Positions 13,426 through 27,116 of a stretch of 64,000 nucleotides of DNA are shown here, piece by piece. Both the position numbers and the translations under genes were made by a program. The DNA comes from Eledone cirrhosa (Eukaryota): positions 39,060,001 through 39,124,000 of the forward strand of contig OZ024756.1 in NCBI GenBank assembly GCA_964016885.1, read 5' to 3'. How positions within the stretch are numbered: position 1 is the stretch's first letter; the number at the start of each line of letters is the position of its first letter. The notes beneath the pieces are model-generated. The model worked only from the letters and a program-made list of their open reading frames with translations. It was not told where the DNA came from and searched no databases.

Positions 13426-13977
13426 CCAGCTCGACACAGCAGGAACACTGGCAATGGAAATAAGCTAGTTGATGAAAATAGCAAATGCTAGTCTAAAATT
13501 AAAACACACTGGGGTGGTGTATATGAAGAGCAAAGCAAAGGAAATAAGGTTCTTTCATTTATTTATAGAAAAAAGACTGACTAAATAAAGAACTATGTTG
13601 GTGTGCGGCATAGGGTGCTTATTTTCCAGTATAAAATAATGTCAGTGATATATTATGCTATATGAACACGGCTGCTAGTTAATCTAATCTGTTCAGGTGA
13701 GTATGAATTTATTTATAGATATATATTTTGTTTTTATTTGTCTTTCACTCTTCTCCTTGGGGATGCATCAGTGCTGTGTGTAAGGGGGGTTTGTTCTATA
13801 TAAACATATATTTATAAAAAAAACAAAAAACGTGGGCGAAGAGAGAACAAGAGACTGCTTTCAATGAACGAGATTTGTGATAGAACCTTCTCAGCTTCCA
13901 TCACTTAAGGAAGGAAGTCACGCTTAGGAACTTTTTAAAAATAATTATGAATCAATTGCACGCGATTGATCAGTCTT

Positions 13978-14134
<157 letters not shown>

Positions 14135-14140
14135 ATATAC

Positions 14141-14201
<61 letters not shown>

Positions 14202-14655
14202 TATATAAGTATTGGTATATTGCCAAATATACTATACATACATTCATATATATATGTGTATATATTACTCTATCCAGTTAACTTATCCCTTGCACGATCC
14301 GTGGACTATCGTGCAAATCCTTGGCAGGTCTACAATATCATGCCAGACAAACATCCCAAACTGAATAAGTTTTCCTGAACCTCATACCTCGAAATCGACG
14401 GGAGAGTCCATCATATACCTATACATACATACATACATACATACATAGATACATACATATACATACATACATACATACATACATACATAGATAGATACAT
14501 ACATACATATACATACATACATACATACATATACATACATACATACATATAAACATTCGTTGTACTGCCTCTCTGTTTTGTCCCTGTTCAAATTTTTCCA
14601 TTATATATATATATACATATATACATATATATATATATGTGTATATACGTATAGG

Positions 14656-14730
<75 letters not shown>

Positions 14731-15525
14731 GTATATATACGTATATGTATGTATGTAAGTATATATATATATATATGTATATATACGTATATGTATGTAT
14801 GTAAGTATATATATATATATATGTATATATACAAACACTTACTGTTTAAACTTTGTGTTTTATTTCAGGTCAACCTTTAACTGATAACCAACAACAGTAA
14901 TTACTCTCATAGAAATCTCTGAAGCATGATTGTCTGAACTTAAGAATTGTCTTATGAATCTTGTTATCTCATTAGACTAAGAAAGAACACAAAAATTAGA
15001 CGAATATCGACATCGGTTACTTGGCAACAGAATATACATTGGCTAAAAACTTTGGCTTTTATCTGGTACTCAGTGTTCCTCTCGTTTTTCATGCCACAAG
15101 TAGCAGATGTCGAAAATAGCTTAATCTGGTCCTCTGGACCATTCGGTATTGTTTAGAAACAAGCTAGAAATAAATATTTGTTGAAAATAGATCATACTTC
15201 ACGTGTAATCATAGCTCAGACCTGGAAGGTGTAGACATCGTGGAGAGGAAAAATAAACAAATTAGCCTGACTGGGGGAAAAAGCAGATGCTTTATATACA
15301 TGAAAATATAATATAGATGTTGTGAAAGTGATATTATAGTAATATATAGTAATATATAGTAGTATATATAGTAATATATATATAGTAATGTATATATAGT
15401 AATATATATATAGTAATGTATATATAGTAATATATATATAGTAATGTATATATAAATGGAAAAGAATGAAATGAAATTTCATTTCTCACTTCTAGCACGG
15501 CTGGTACCCAAACGCAAGCATGTAT

Positions 15526-15861
15526 GTATACGTACATACATATATGCACACAGACGCACAGCAGCATGTATATACATACATACATGCACACACATATATA
15601 TATGTACGTATGGGTCCACCGAACATCCACCATAATGCCCGGTTTGTTTGTAAACAAACAGCCCGAATTACGCCCTACAGTGTTCAGGAAACCATCGTCA
15701 CCTTTTTGAACACTGTAGGGCGTAATTCGGGCTGTTTGTTTACAAACAAACCGAGCATTATGGTGGATGTTCGGTGGACCCATACGTACATATATATGTG
15801 TGTGCATGTATGTATATACATGCTGTTGTGCGTCTGTGTGCATATATGTATGTACGTATAC
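15526..15861. repeat. Long fold-back inverted repeat (arms ~155-160 bp, 20-nt spacer)
   Basis: 15526-15686 is the near-perfect reverse complement of 15707-15861. Confidence 0.9.
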
Positions 15862-16211
15862 CATGTATATATAGTAATATATATACTTTATGTATAAATA
15901 CAAAGGTGGAGTGAAGAACAATTGCTGGTAAGTGTAGATGAAATGAACAAACTGTTGAGAAGGAAACGAAATTACGAGCTGAATATAGGTGAGGTCAGGT
16001 GCAAATCCACGTGATGGTGAAAATCCAAATAGTCTGTCAGGATGTGGTTGTTACAATAACCATCTGTACAACTTTATATTTCTACACTCGCCAGGTGACT
16101 TTGGATTAATTTATTACGCAACAATTCAAGAGACGTTGATAAAATGTAATTTCTGATGAGTAAAAACGAAAATTTGGTTTCGATTCTCATTCATTTCACT
16201 GATACAGTGAA

Positions 16212-16450
16212 GGTGCATGGCTTAGTGGTTAGAGCATGGGACTTGCAATCGAAAGGTTGTGAGTTCAATTCTCGGACCGGGTGATGTGTTGTTACCTTGA
16301 GCAAGACACTTTATTTCACGTTGCTCCAGTTTACTCAGCTGTAGAATTGAGATGATAGGACTGGGGTCCCTATCATTAAATTACCCAAGACACCTCCAAC
16401 GAGATATACTTTGGAGGAGGCCAGCTAAACCTTCAGAGGTGTGAGTTGCT
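16212..16450 (+). mobile_element. SINE type II, subfamily with different 3' tail
   Basis: Same head and core; tail matches 36191-36427. Confidence 0.85.
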
Positions 16451-16679
16451 AGAAAGAAAAAAGAAAAGATACAGACACAGTTTTCACGACATCAAGTTTG
16501 AAGCTCGGCTACCAACAGATTTATTATTTAGTGGCCTTGTTCCAATTTTTATTCGAATGTATTTCACGTTACTAACACTTCTAAAAAGGTTTGGAACAGT
16601 ATTAACGGTCATAACTTCTTATTTGATCAAAAGAAACTAATTTGTTAACCAGTAAAGTCAATGTATTACTATTATTTTC

Positions 16680-16812
16680 CTAGAGTTACGGTCCTTTACC
16701 GTCTTAGTTCAAATCCCGCCGAGGTTAACTTTGCCTTTCATCCTTACGGGATCGATAAAATAAAGTACCAGTAATGTACTGGGATAATTGCTGGCCTTTT
16801 CCTAGAATTAAA
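16680..16812 (+). mobile_element. SINE type I, 5'-truncated
   Basis: Meta-like core present. Confidence 0.8.
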
Positions 16813-16837
16813 GTTATCTGATGTGATAACTTTGACG

Positions 16838-17029
16838 TAGATTTGTCAACTCTCCCCGTCTGATGGGGAGATCTCCCACCTACTTTAGGGTGGGTGAGAG
16901 ATGTCTTCTCTTGTGTAAATGAATATAGCTTCATTATGTAAAATCTCCCCATTTTGCCTCGCTTCTCCCCGTTTTGGGGCACTTTTTTCATGGTACTCTC
17001 CGTTTTGGTTTTCAGAGGTTGGCAGGATA
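16838..17029. mobile_element. Degenerate TIR element (MITE relic)
   Basis: TTTGTCAACTCTC..GAGGTTGGCAGG imperfect terminal inverted repeats; internal TCTCCC repeats. Confidence 0.4.
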
Positions 17030-17034
17030 GTTAC

Positions 17035-17212
17035 CGTCTCAAATAACAACCACCCAGAGCACTGCTCAGCCTAAGTCGCTCATGAACTCTTTAGACTAGG
17101 CATAGGTGTGGCGGCTCTCAACGAAGTTCGTCCTCCCTGAAGAGGACGGTTTGAGAGAACATGGTGCGGGCTACACACTCTACTGGAGCGGAAAGCCAAA
17201 GGAGCGGAACCG
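17035..17212 (+). mobile_element. RTE-clade LINE AP-endonuclease fragment
   Basis: VAHELFRLGIGVAALNEV(R)LPEEDGLREHGAGYTLYWSGKP across a frameshift, typical RTE EN N-terminus. Confidence 0.8.
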
Positions 17213-17985
17213 TAGAATATACAGTAGCACGTTCACATCTAAATACTACAAAATATTTCCAGTAAAATTTCAATTCATTCCAACAATCGAGTGCTTGGAC
17301 AAAAGAAAAAAATCAACAAAAAAAAACAACAAAACAAACAATATTTATTCCCAATTTACATTTTGCCGAATTTAGCCAGAATATTTGTGTGACTACCATA
17401 TATGGTAATGGTAGAATTTCATTGTTAACTATTCATTGATTAATTTCCACTAGTATAAATCAACGGACATTAAAATGCGCCTAACTATATATATAGTTAC
17501 ACACTATTGGAGACTAAATATGAATGCCACAATTCTTCCTACGTCCAACCAATATAATTGGTGCAACATTCTTACATTTCCTGCTACACGATTAGGTTAC
17601 GGTTCTTGTAATTGTGTATTTATATCCACCTAATAAAGAAAATACCAGAACGATATAATGCAAGCATAAAATTATTGGCAGAAAATAAAGAAAAAAATAT
17701 TAGGTATGTATTTGTGTTGCAAGTGCGAACACATATACATAAATAAACACACATACACAAACACACACACACATGCACATACACACACACACACACATAT
17801 CTATATATATATATATAAATAAACACGAACACATACACACGCGCACACACACACACACACACACATACCCACGTATATGTATATATATATATATAAAATG
17901 AGACAATAAGAGACAGAGAGATAAAAAATCCAACTAAAGATAGAGACACATATAAACTCAGTTATATATATATATATGTAGATAA

Positions 17986-18119
17986 ATTATTTCTGAAGAC
18001 AGCATATATATGTGTAGGTATGTATATTCCCTGTGATAGTTTGTAAACATTTTACATAGATCTATATGATATACATACCAACACACACACATATATCCTA
18101 GAAACGATCGTAAAATGAT
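17986..18119 (+). ncRNA. Hammerhead ribozyme with long stem II (family A copy 2)
   Basis: ATTATTT-CTGAAGA-long hairpin-GAAAC-GATC-GTA^AAATGAT. Confidence 0.7.
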
Positions 18120-18172
18120 GAATTTTTTAATATAAGGAACTGTTTCTTTGTTTTTATTCATTATTTTTATTA

Positions 18173-18266
<94 letters not shown>

Positions 18267-19413
18267 ATAGGGAGAAAGAGACGATTATGATGAAGAAAAA
18301 TATATTTTTTTCCCCTTTTTTTGTCTCTCTCTCTCTTTTTTCTGGGTTAGAAAATGATTAAGACGATATATACGGTACTTTCATTATATTTTACTGATCG
18401 CTATTATACTTCAATTCACTCTTAGCTTTTACACTTCTCTAGCAATATATACAGTTAACCGGCTATCATATATGTAATTAATCGACCTCATAGAAACAAC
18501 AGTCAAATTTACTGCTAATGAGGAACTTAGAAGGACAAGAAGATATAGAGCGGGATTTAAGGAGAAATACAGGAATGGCAGAGTGAAGCAATGAAATGAA
18601 AGGGAAGAGGCATTCTCAGTAAGTTAGACTTTTGAAGATAAAGTCTTTTTGAGAGATTCTTTGAAGATAGAGTGAATGAGGTCGAATTACCGAGATGAGT
18701 AATGCAAAATTAGGTTACTATTTGCTGACGTCAGAAATTACCTATTTGCAGGGATTTTTTGCAAGGAAGGGGTTTAATATAGTAAATTACATGTAACTAT
18801 ATTTAGACAAGTTATTCTAGAGTAAGGAAGATGATTAATAATTTATTAGTTATGACTAAAATTACTAAGAGAACCAAACTGTAATATGAAACTAAGTAGC
18901 TATAATTATTTCTTTTGATCATATATCTCCGGATTTGAAATATAAAGTCATTTGATTTAAAACTAGTTTTTTTTATTTTATTTTATTGGTATTCCTTTTA
19001 CCGAACTGGTGAGGAAGAATGAGAGATATGAAACGTGTGATGTTTGACATTTGGAAAATAAAACTGCTGTGGTTCCCTTAGAATGTGATAACAAATCACA
19101 TTCATCACATCCTTGAATCAATAAACGAGTCTTTGTTATCACTTGACATGCTAAAAAAACAACAAAAAAACCATTCTTCTCTCAAATCGAACTCTTTTTA
19201 TCGAAGCGCTACGGGACATAAAAAGCAAACGTAAGCATAAATACGGACATACACACACACATATATATATATATGTATGTATATATATGTATATATATGT
19301 GTATGTATATATACAGATATATATATATATATATTCACACTCACACACACACATATATATGTATGTATATATATATGTATATATATATGTATGTATATAT
19401 ATATATATATATA

Positions 19414-19640
19414 TAGTAATAATAATAAATTTGAAGACTAAAATCCAAAGTGGGCTCGATAAGGATAAATATATATCAAATATATAAGAACCGTAGAGTA
19501 AATATTTATTAAAATAACAGATTAAAGTTTAAGCAAAGAATCGCTGCTTTCACGCTTAACGGGATCTTCTGAAGATCCCGTTAAGGGTGAAAGCAGCGAT
19601 TCTTTGCTTAAACTTTAATCTGTTATTTTAATAAATATAT
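19414..19640. mobile_element. Family D palindromic element centred on an HHR-like core
   Basis: Arms 19503-19569 / 19571-19637 around GATCTTC-T-GAAGATC; CTGAAGA-TCCC-GTTAA-GGGT-GAAA. Confidence 0.75.
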
Positions 19641-19730
19641 ATATAGATATATATACTCACACACACACACAAATATGTATATATATATAAACTCTTCACG
19701 CCGACGTTTTATATTTCTTGGTGCAATACT

Positions 19731-19788
<58 letters not shown>

Positions 19789-19791
<3 letters not shown>

Positions 19792-19925
19792 GACAGGCTT
19801 CCACATGGTTTCCGTCTACTGGATTTTACTCACAAGGCATTAGTCAGCTCGATGCTATAGTATTAACCTGAAATCACAGGGTTGAGTAGTTCACTTCTTA
19901 ACCCCTCAGACATGTCTGCGCCTAG
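19789..19925 (-). mobile_element. CORE-like tRNA SINE (type III), internally deleted
   Basis: Reverse complement GCCTTGTGAGTAAAATCCAGTAGACGGAAACCATGTGGAAGCCTGTCG; related to 35805-35965. Confidence 0.6.
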
Positions 19926-20106
19926 AAAAGTATTTTATCATTTTGAATCTTCTGCAAGTTTATAAATCTGCCATGTTTGAGTTGAATTACGAAGCTTACG
20001 TATCAATATTTTTAGTATCCCAGTACTGTGATGTATTGGTGGCGTTCCTTAATACTGATCACCTCTGCCTTTCTTCGATAAGACTGGATATATGATGATA
20101 TTGCTG

Positions 20107-20322
20107 ATTTCTACTTTAGGCACAAGGCCAGCAATTTTGCAGGGAGGGAAAGTCGATTAAATCGGCCCCAGTACATTACTGGTACTTTATTTTATCAACC
20201 TCATAAGGAGGAAAGGCAAAGCTAATCTCGGCGGGATTTGAACTCAGATCGTAAAGGGCCATAACTCTATGCTGCAAAGCATCGTGTCTGACGCTCTACC
20301 GATTCTGCCAATCTACCGCCTT
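20107..20322 (-). mobile_element. SINE type I, near full length
   Basis: Head, Meta-like core and tail all present. Confidence 0.85.
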
Positions 20323-20700
20323 ATTGGATGATATTAATACCAATTGGTTTGATATTTGTATTTTAAAACAAAGCTGCCAAATTGCTGACATTGTTCCTTT
20401 ACATACGAAGTCTAACTTCATATAAACAATAGCTTATTGGAAATAGATCAACGTTAAAATAAATTATGTGGCAACGTTATAATCGATTATGAATACAGAT
20501 ATACAAGTGTTGGTGCCACAATAATGCTAATAATTTTATTGTTTATTTGTTTATTTGTTTATTTGTATGTTTGTTTGTTTATTTGTTTATTTGTTTATTT
20601 GTTTATTTGTTCTTTTGATTAAACTTCAATGAATTTATTTTCTATTTAATTTGTTAAGTCAATGGAAGAACACATCATAAGTGGATAGTGTCGTTAGAAA

Positions 20701-21102
20701 CACACCATACCACACCACACTATACCATACCATACCACACTATACCATACCATATCATATCATATCATACCATACCATACCATATCACACCATACTATAC
20801 CATACTATACCATACTATATCATCCCATAACATACCACACCATACCACACAACACCATAACATACCACACCATACCACACAACACCATACCATATCATAC
20901 CATACCATACAACACCATACCATACCCTACCATACCCTACCATACCATACCATCCCATACCATATCACACCATACCAAACTATACCATCCCATAACATAC
21001 CACACCATACCACACAACACCATACCATATCATACCATACCATACAACACCGTATCATACCCTACCATACCATACCATCCCATACCATACGACACCATAC
21101 CA
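20701..21102. repeat. (CATAC/CACAC)n pentamer satellite
   Basis: Direct reading. Confidence 0.95.
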
Positions 21103-21217
21103 GGCCAGGCCAGTATTCAACACCTGTTTTGTAAATGGTCAGAAAGAAGATAATATATGTTGATATACGATACAAATAGTTATACGATAAGAGATACATT
21201 GTATCGTAAACCTTTAA

Positions 21218-21513
21218 TTTATTCCTCTATATTGCCCATCATTTGCCCACATAGTATCACAAACCTCTCATTTGCCCACATAATATCACAAATTTCTGCC
21301 CATCATTTGCCCACATAGTATCACAAACCTCTCATTTGCCCACATAATATCACAAATTTCTGCCCATCATTTGCCTACATAGTATCTCAAACCTCTCATT
21401 TGCCCATCATTTGCCCACATAGTATCACAAACCTCTCATTTGCCCATCATTTGCCCATATAGTATCACAAACCTCTCATTTGCCCAACATTTATTCCTCT
21501 ATATTGCCCATCA
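21218..21513. repeat. CATTTGCCCA-based minisatellite bounded by a direct repeat
   Basis: Repeating CATTTGCCCACATAGTATCACAAACCTCT; TTTATTCCTCTATATTGCCCATCA at both ends. Confidence 0.9.
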
Positions 21514-22577
21514 AAGTATCATTTCTAACCTTTAGTTTACATTGAAATGTCTTTATTGAACAAATTTATTTCAACTTCTTATATTTCTTTATAAATTGTG
21601 CAGACTTCCTCCGATCGAAGTTTCAGTCTACACATTTCGTATTATCAAATTAAGGATATTTACCGTGAAAGGAACTGTGACTCTGGTGACTTATTCAAAT
21701 TTATTATTCAATACAAACCAGCTACATTTTGATATCCAACCACCTGCACTGTTTTATTTAGGTCAAGACTATATCAAGGTGAACTCTGTAGTTGTGTATT
21801 ACAATGTAATATAATGCCAATTATACCTTCATTTCCGAAGAGCCCAAATCAGACATCAAATATGTCTTTATAACATTTCAATGTCTCAATTACTACAATA
21901 AGCGAGCTTCTCTTCATAATTGCTCGCTATGTTACTAATATATTCCAAGCTTTTGACAAGCCTAACAACTAATGCCTGCTATTTCCATCAATCTACCTGT
22001 TTAATATCAACTATCAAATTAAACAATTATCATATTGTTTCAATGTACTTATAATTCGTGCAGACATAACACAGCTATTTTCATCTTCAGAATAGAATCT
22101 ATTCAGAACTGAACAGTAGTAGTGATTGTGAAGAGAGAAGCGGTGCTGTAGTGGGGGTGGTGGGGCGTTTTTATTGGGGTGGAACAGTGGCACTAAGCGT
22201 GAAGACACAGACACAGAAATTATACAAACCAATGACATATCTGAGTGAGGTAAATAACTAGCAGGTTAATTTTCTTTGCAGATCTATACTTAGCTTCCAT
22301 TGATCGTATCCTTTTTCATACTGAATCTCCTCTTTTCTCTCACACACTCATCTTCTCTCTTTCCACCATACTCTTAATGAGTCTTTCATTCTCACACCCC
22401 TAAGCTCTCTTTCTAACTCATCTCTCTCTCTATTCTAAGTGTAATAAGCATTAATTCTAATAATTATTAACCAGCCAACATATACATAATATTTCGTTGT
22501 TATTAGGACGGGGAATTTACCTGAGATAGAGAGCTGTTGCTATAAATATATTACATTATTTATTGGCATTATTAAAC

Positions 22578-22930
22578 AGGGCGGGGGATTGGCAGTATCG
22601 GTAGAAAGTCGGACGCCATGCTTTGCAGCATAGAGTTACGTCCCTTTATAGTCTGAGTTCAAATCCCGCCGAGGTTAACTTTGCCTTTCAACCTCACGGG
22701 GTCGATGAAATAAAGTACCAGTAATGTACTGGGATAATTGCTGGCCTTGTGCCAAAAGTAGAAACAATTATTTATTGGCATAATCGTTAGAGCGTCGGAC
22801 ACCTTGATTCGTGGCATAGAGTTATAGCCCTTTACGTTCTAAGTTTAAATCCCGCCAAGCTCAGCATTGCCTTTCATCCTTTCGAAGTCGATAAAAAAAG
22901 TACCAATCCAGTACTGGGGTCGATTCTTCC
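22578..22930 (+). mobile_element. Two tandem SINE type I copies
   Basis: Two successive head plus Meta-core units (22578-22772, 22775-22930). Confidence 0.85.
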
Positions 22931-23610
22931 TCTATATCCCTTTCTTTGAGAAACTATATTAATATTTATATTTATATTTATATTTTTAACTGTTGGTCAA
23001 TCGATGATAAATATTGATTGCCAGCTAAATTATTTATAGAAATATAAAAAATATACTGAAGCGAAAACCAAACCAAACACTGAGTGTGTTTTACTATATA
23101 TTTCTGGCAATATGACCCTCCGTAAATATAACTTCTATAATAAAAAAAAAATACTTTCGAAACAGCAATGACTATGAATTAATGGTTTCTAAGATCAGAG
23201 GTTTTTCTCTGTATTCTAACACATTTTGGTTTAGATATTCATGCTAATAAAATGACGTATATACTTTATTTAAATTCAGATTTTCACTACAACTCAAAGT
23301 ATTTATATAAATTCTAGATCGTTTTAAATATATGTATTCACCATCAACTAAATTATATTTCCTACGGCCCTTTTAATCTTGTCTGGTTTATGTTTTATTT
23401 TTACTCCTAATGAAAGCGTTACAAGTGTTAAACGCATTTCCAAACTTTGCTCTTCCCAGTAGTCACAGATTTTATTTTAAAAAAACCGTTCCTCCAAGAT
23501 ATACAGCAGGTATCCGAGTCTATAATCTCGTCATTTATCATTATACTCAAATTTTCAAGAAAGATTAGAATAACTTAAAAAGAAAAAAGCAAGAAAGAAA
23601 GAAAGAAACA

Positions 23611-23665
<55 letters not shown>

Positions 23666-23799
23666 TGGGAGGGAAAGAAAGAAAGGAACCGTGAGAAATA
23701 GCTTGCAATTCTATCTTATAAACAGTTTGGCTCCACATATAAACTTTTATATTTAAATATACACATCGAGAAATTTGATAATATTCGTATGTTTTGAGC

Positions 23800-23910
<111 letters not shown>

Positions 23911-24248
23911 TGTGTGTGTGTGTGTATGTGTGTGTGTGTAGATATATATAGATATACACTCACACACATACATTAAGGCACACACACATGAGCACATATA
24001 CATATGTATAAGAGGGGTTTAGTAGATAATATATGTGTGTATGTGTGTATATGTTATATGTATATATTGGTTTGGCCAGACACATTCGTCCTTGAGATAA
24101 TCTAGTTTGAACAGTTTCCAAGTTAGTCATCCCGGGGTTCTGCCCTCTAATAATAATTTACAACACGCCACTTTTCAGTTCCATTGCTAAAACAGTTTTA
24201 AGGTCAAGGAAACTTTAACGAAATTCAACAGATATAAATTTTATATAT

Positions 24249-24283
<35 letters not shown>

Positions 24284-24417
24284 CTAATCTAAAAATAGTA
24301 TTGGTTCATAAGGTACTGAGAAACAGATATATATCACATAGTTATTCTGATGTCGGTTGAGTATCTGAAACAGTTGTTAGTGAGGAACTAAATACCTAAA
24401 GCGTAGCGGATCTTCAG

Positions 24418-24461
24418 ACCGAGCTGAAGATCCGCATAAGGTGAAAACATTTGTTCTTGGT
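24418..24461 (+). ncRNA. Hammerhead ribozyme (family G)
   Basis: ACCGAG-CTGAAGA-TCC-GCATAA-GGT-GAAAAC-ATTT-GTTCTTGGT; deleted relative at 62504-62552. Confidence 0.6.
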
Positions 24462-24494
24462 AACTGTTGTGGAACTACTTATATATATATATAT

Positions 24495-24835
24495 GATAAC
24501 TACCACTTCTTTACAGAAGAGGGCCTTCTCTTCAACGGTGTGCTAAACGGCACTGAGCTCGCATATCACTTCGCAAACCTGTCTCGATCCTGCATACTAT
24601 TTTACAGATGTGAGACACCCGAAGCTCTCGGATAGTCCTGAACGTAACTTCCTCCGTATGTACTCTGATGTGCCGCTTGAGTCCAACAGCAGACCTACAG
24701 GCTTTGTTGCAAAACTGACACAAATACCTCGCAGGCCGTTTGGGGAAGACACCAACATAATCAGCCCTAGACTGCTGAGTGCTGTGAGCTCTTAAATGAC
24801 TAGCAAACCCGCTACGAGAAAGAACAATCCGTTAA
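24495..24835 (-). mobile_element. RTE-type LINE 3' end with C2H2 zinc fingers
   Basis: CQFCNKACRSAVGLKRHIRVH followed by a second degenerate finger and a short 3' UTR. Confidence 0.65.
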
Positions 24836-24839
24836 TGAC

Positions 24840-25290
24840 ACTTTATTTATTTTATCGACCCCGAAAGGATGAAAGGCAAAGCTAACCTCTGCGGGATTTG
24901 AACCCAGGGCTGTAATTCTATGCCGCAAAGCTAGTTATCCGACGCTCTGTCGACACTGCCAATATTATTTTTCATAGACCTTGACCAAGATTGAAACCCA
25001 GACCAGGATCTCTACCGTCCTACCTCCCACTAGGCCACCGACACGGCTATCGACACTACTAATATTGAGAAGTAAACTCAGTGCTAATGATAAGATAATT
25101 GTTTCTACTTTAGGCACAAGGCCAGCAATTATCCCAGTGTATTACTGGTACTTTATTGTATCGACCCCGTAAGGACGAAAGGCAAAGTTAACCTCGACGG
25201 GATTTGAACTTAGACCATAAAGGGCTGTAACTCTTTGCTGCAAAGCATGGCGTCCGACCCTCCACCGATACTGCCAATCCAACGCCCGCC
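24840..25290 (-). mobile_element. Two SINE type I copies (24840-24962, 25096-25290)
   Basis: Reverse-complement Meta-like cores. Confidence 0.8.
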
Positions 25291-25846
25291 GCTCCACCGC
25301 TAGTGATAAGATAATAAGTTATAAATAGGCTAGCCATCCCGATTACACACTACAGCGAGTGGGATTGTTTCTGTTCAGTCTAATGGTTTCATAAATCACT
25401 TGTCAGATTAATTCGAATTGATGTAAAACAATTGTAAATATAAACCGCAGATCATTCAACTATATCTTAAATAAATATCTAATATCTCATATTACAAAGA
25501 ATATATTCGTGTGTAAACAGTTTTTAAAACCTGTGTGGAAGCAACATCGAGATAAATTCTGTCTGGCTTCGTCAAGTAAGCATATATCATGGAAATCTTG
25601 CAAGAGAATGTCACGTCCAGTGAAGTAAGTCCCAAGAGAATAAATAAATGTAGAGGATTACTCAGTGTCATTATACGTCAGTGTAATGAAAAATTCCGAA
25701 AGTTAAATACAAAAGTAGAGATGAATATATGATGACATAGGGTAAAATATATCATTATAGAATTACTGATAATAACAATGGCTGCAAATAATGGCATATC
25801 TTTCGATAAATATCTCTGATTGCTTTTGATGTTGATGTGTGTGTGC

Positions 25847-25916
<70 letters not shown>

Positions 25917-26029
25917 TGAGGGGTGTCGGGCTAAATACTATTTCGGGCTATATAAGGTTTCCCTTTCATCTATAGACACAGCATAAACTTAATACATTCA
26001 ATTTGTTTACGATATGATCACATTCATAC

Positions 26030-26394
26030 GGCACACACTGACCACCTATACACACATACTTACCCCCTCCCCATACACAAACATATCCCCCACACAAGCA
26101 CCTGCCCCGCACACATGCATACACACACACACACACACTGACCACCCCCCACACACTGATTCCCCACACGCACATGCATACACACACATGTACACACACA
26201 CACCCACACACACTGATCCCCCACACGCACATGCATACACACACACATGTACACACACACACACACTGACCACCTACACCCCCACACATGCACCTTCCCC
26301 CACACATATGCATACACACACACACACTGACCACCCCACACACACTGATCCCCCACACGCACATGCATACACTCACACACACACACACACACAT
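26030..26394. repeat. CA-rich minisatellite
   Basis: Recurring CACACTGA(C/T)C..CCCCACAC..CACATGCATACAC units. Confidence 0.85.
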
Positions 26395-26414
26395 GAAGAT
26401 ATATTGCTGACAGA

Positions 26415-26490
26415 GGCCGTTTAACTCAATGGTTTAGAGCGGTCAGCCGGAGCCTCAGAGGTTCGGAGTTCAATCCCTTTTTAGCCACTG
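26415..26490 (+). pseudogene. Degenerate tRNA-like sequence or SINE head
   Basis: GGCCGTTTAACTCAATGGTTTAGAGCG..GGAGTTCAATCCC..AGCCA (A and B boxes); anticodon arm not intact. Confidence 0.5.
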
Positions 26491-26630
26491 CTGGTCAATT
26501 TTCCCCGTCCCTCGGGGTATTTTACCTTCTTTTCTAAACTATTATTTATCGCAATCGACTCAGGTTACAATTATTTTCTGCGTTCGGGATTTCTTCAGTC
26601 TCCTAAGAATTCCATTCGTATGAAATCATA

Positions 26631-26675
26631 TTCTTGATGATTCCATACGAATGAAACAGTTCTAATACTGTAGAA
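26631..26675 (+). ncRNA. Family E HHR, core variant TTGATGA (probably inactive)
   Basis: TTC-TTGATGA-TTCCATACGAAT-GAAACAG-TTCTAATA-CTGTA^GAA. Confidence 0.55.
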
Positions 26676-26705
26676 GCCATTTCAATATATATATATATAT
26701 ATATA

Positions 26706-26989
26706 CAGTGCATCTTCGCTTATCCGGGCGGTCAAAACCAAACAGTTAGAAAAAGATCCGGTTAAGTGAAATATCCGGATAAGTGAATTCTAAAATCCCA
26801 TTGTTACACAGTGCTCGTGGTTTCTAATGTTTTGGCTTCTTTTAGTCAATCATGTTTATCGCCCGTAAAAATGGAATCATAAACATAAACCTTCATAAAC
26901 AACCTTCAAATACACATTGTTTGTCGTATAGAAATAGCCGCCCGGTAAATCGAATTTCGGAAAAGCGATATCCGGATAAGCGAAGATGC

Positions 26990-26993
<4 letters not shown>
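26706..26993. mobile_element. pogo/Tigger-type MITE in (TA)n
   Basis: TIRs CAGTGCATCTTCGCTTATCCGG / CCGGATAAGCGAAGATGCTCTG with TA on both sides. Confidence 0.9.
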
Positions 26994-27085
<92 letters not shown>

Positions 27086-27116
27086 TTAACGCTTGAAATA
27101 AAAGAAAGAAAGAGGG

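Noticed and set aside
14869-14900. Acceptor TTTATTTCAG followed by [10 protein letters not shown]
   Set aside because: Too short; no supporting evidence
16148-16180. CTGATGA-GT-AAAA-AC-GAAA HHR-like core
   Set aside because: Stems I and III pair poorly, single copy, not in a TA context; likely chance
24532-24723. C2H2 zinc-finger ORF as a host transcription-factor exon
   Set aside because: No linkers or splice sites, second finger decayed; fits an RTE C-terminus
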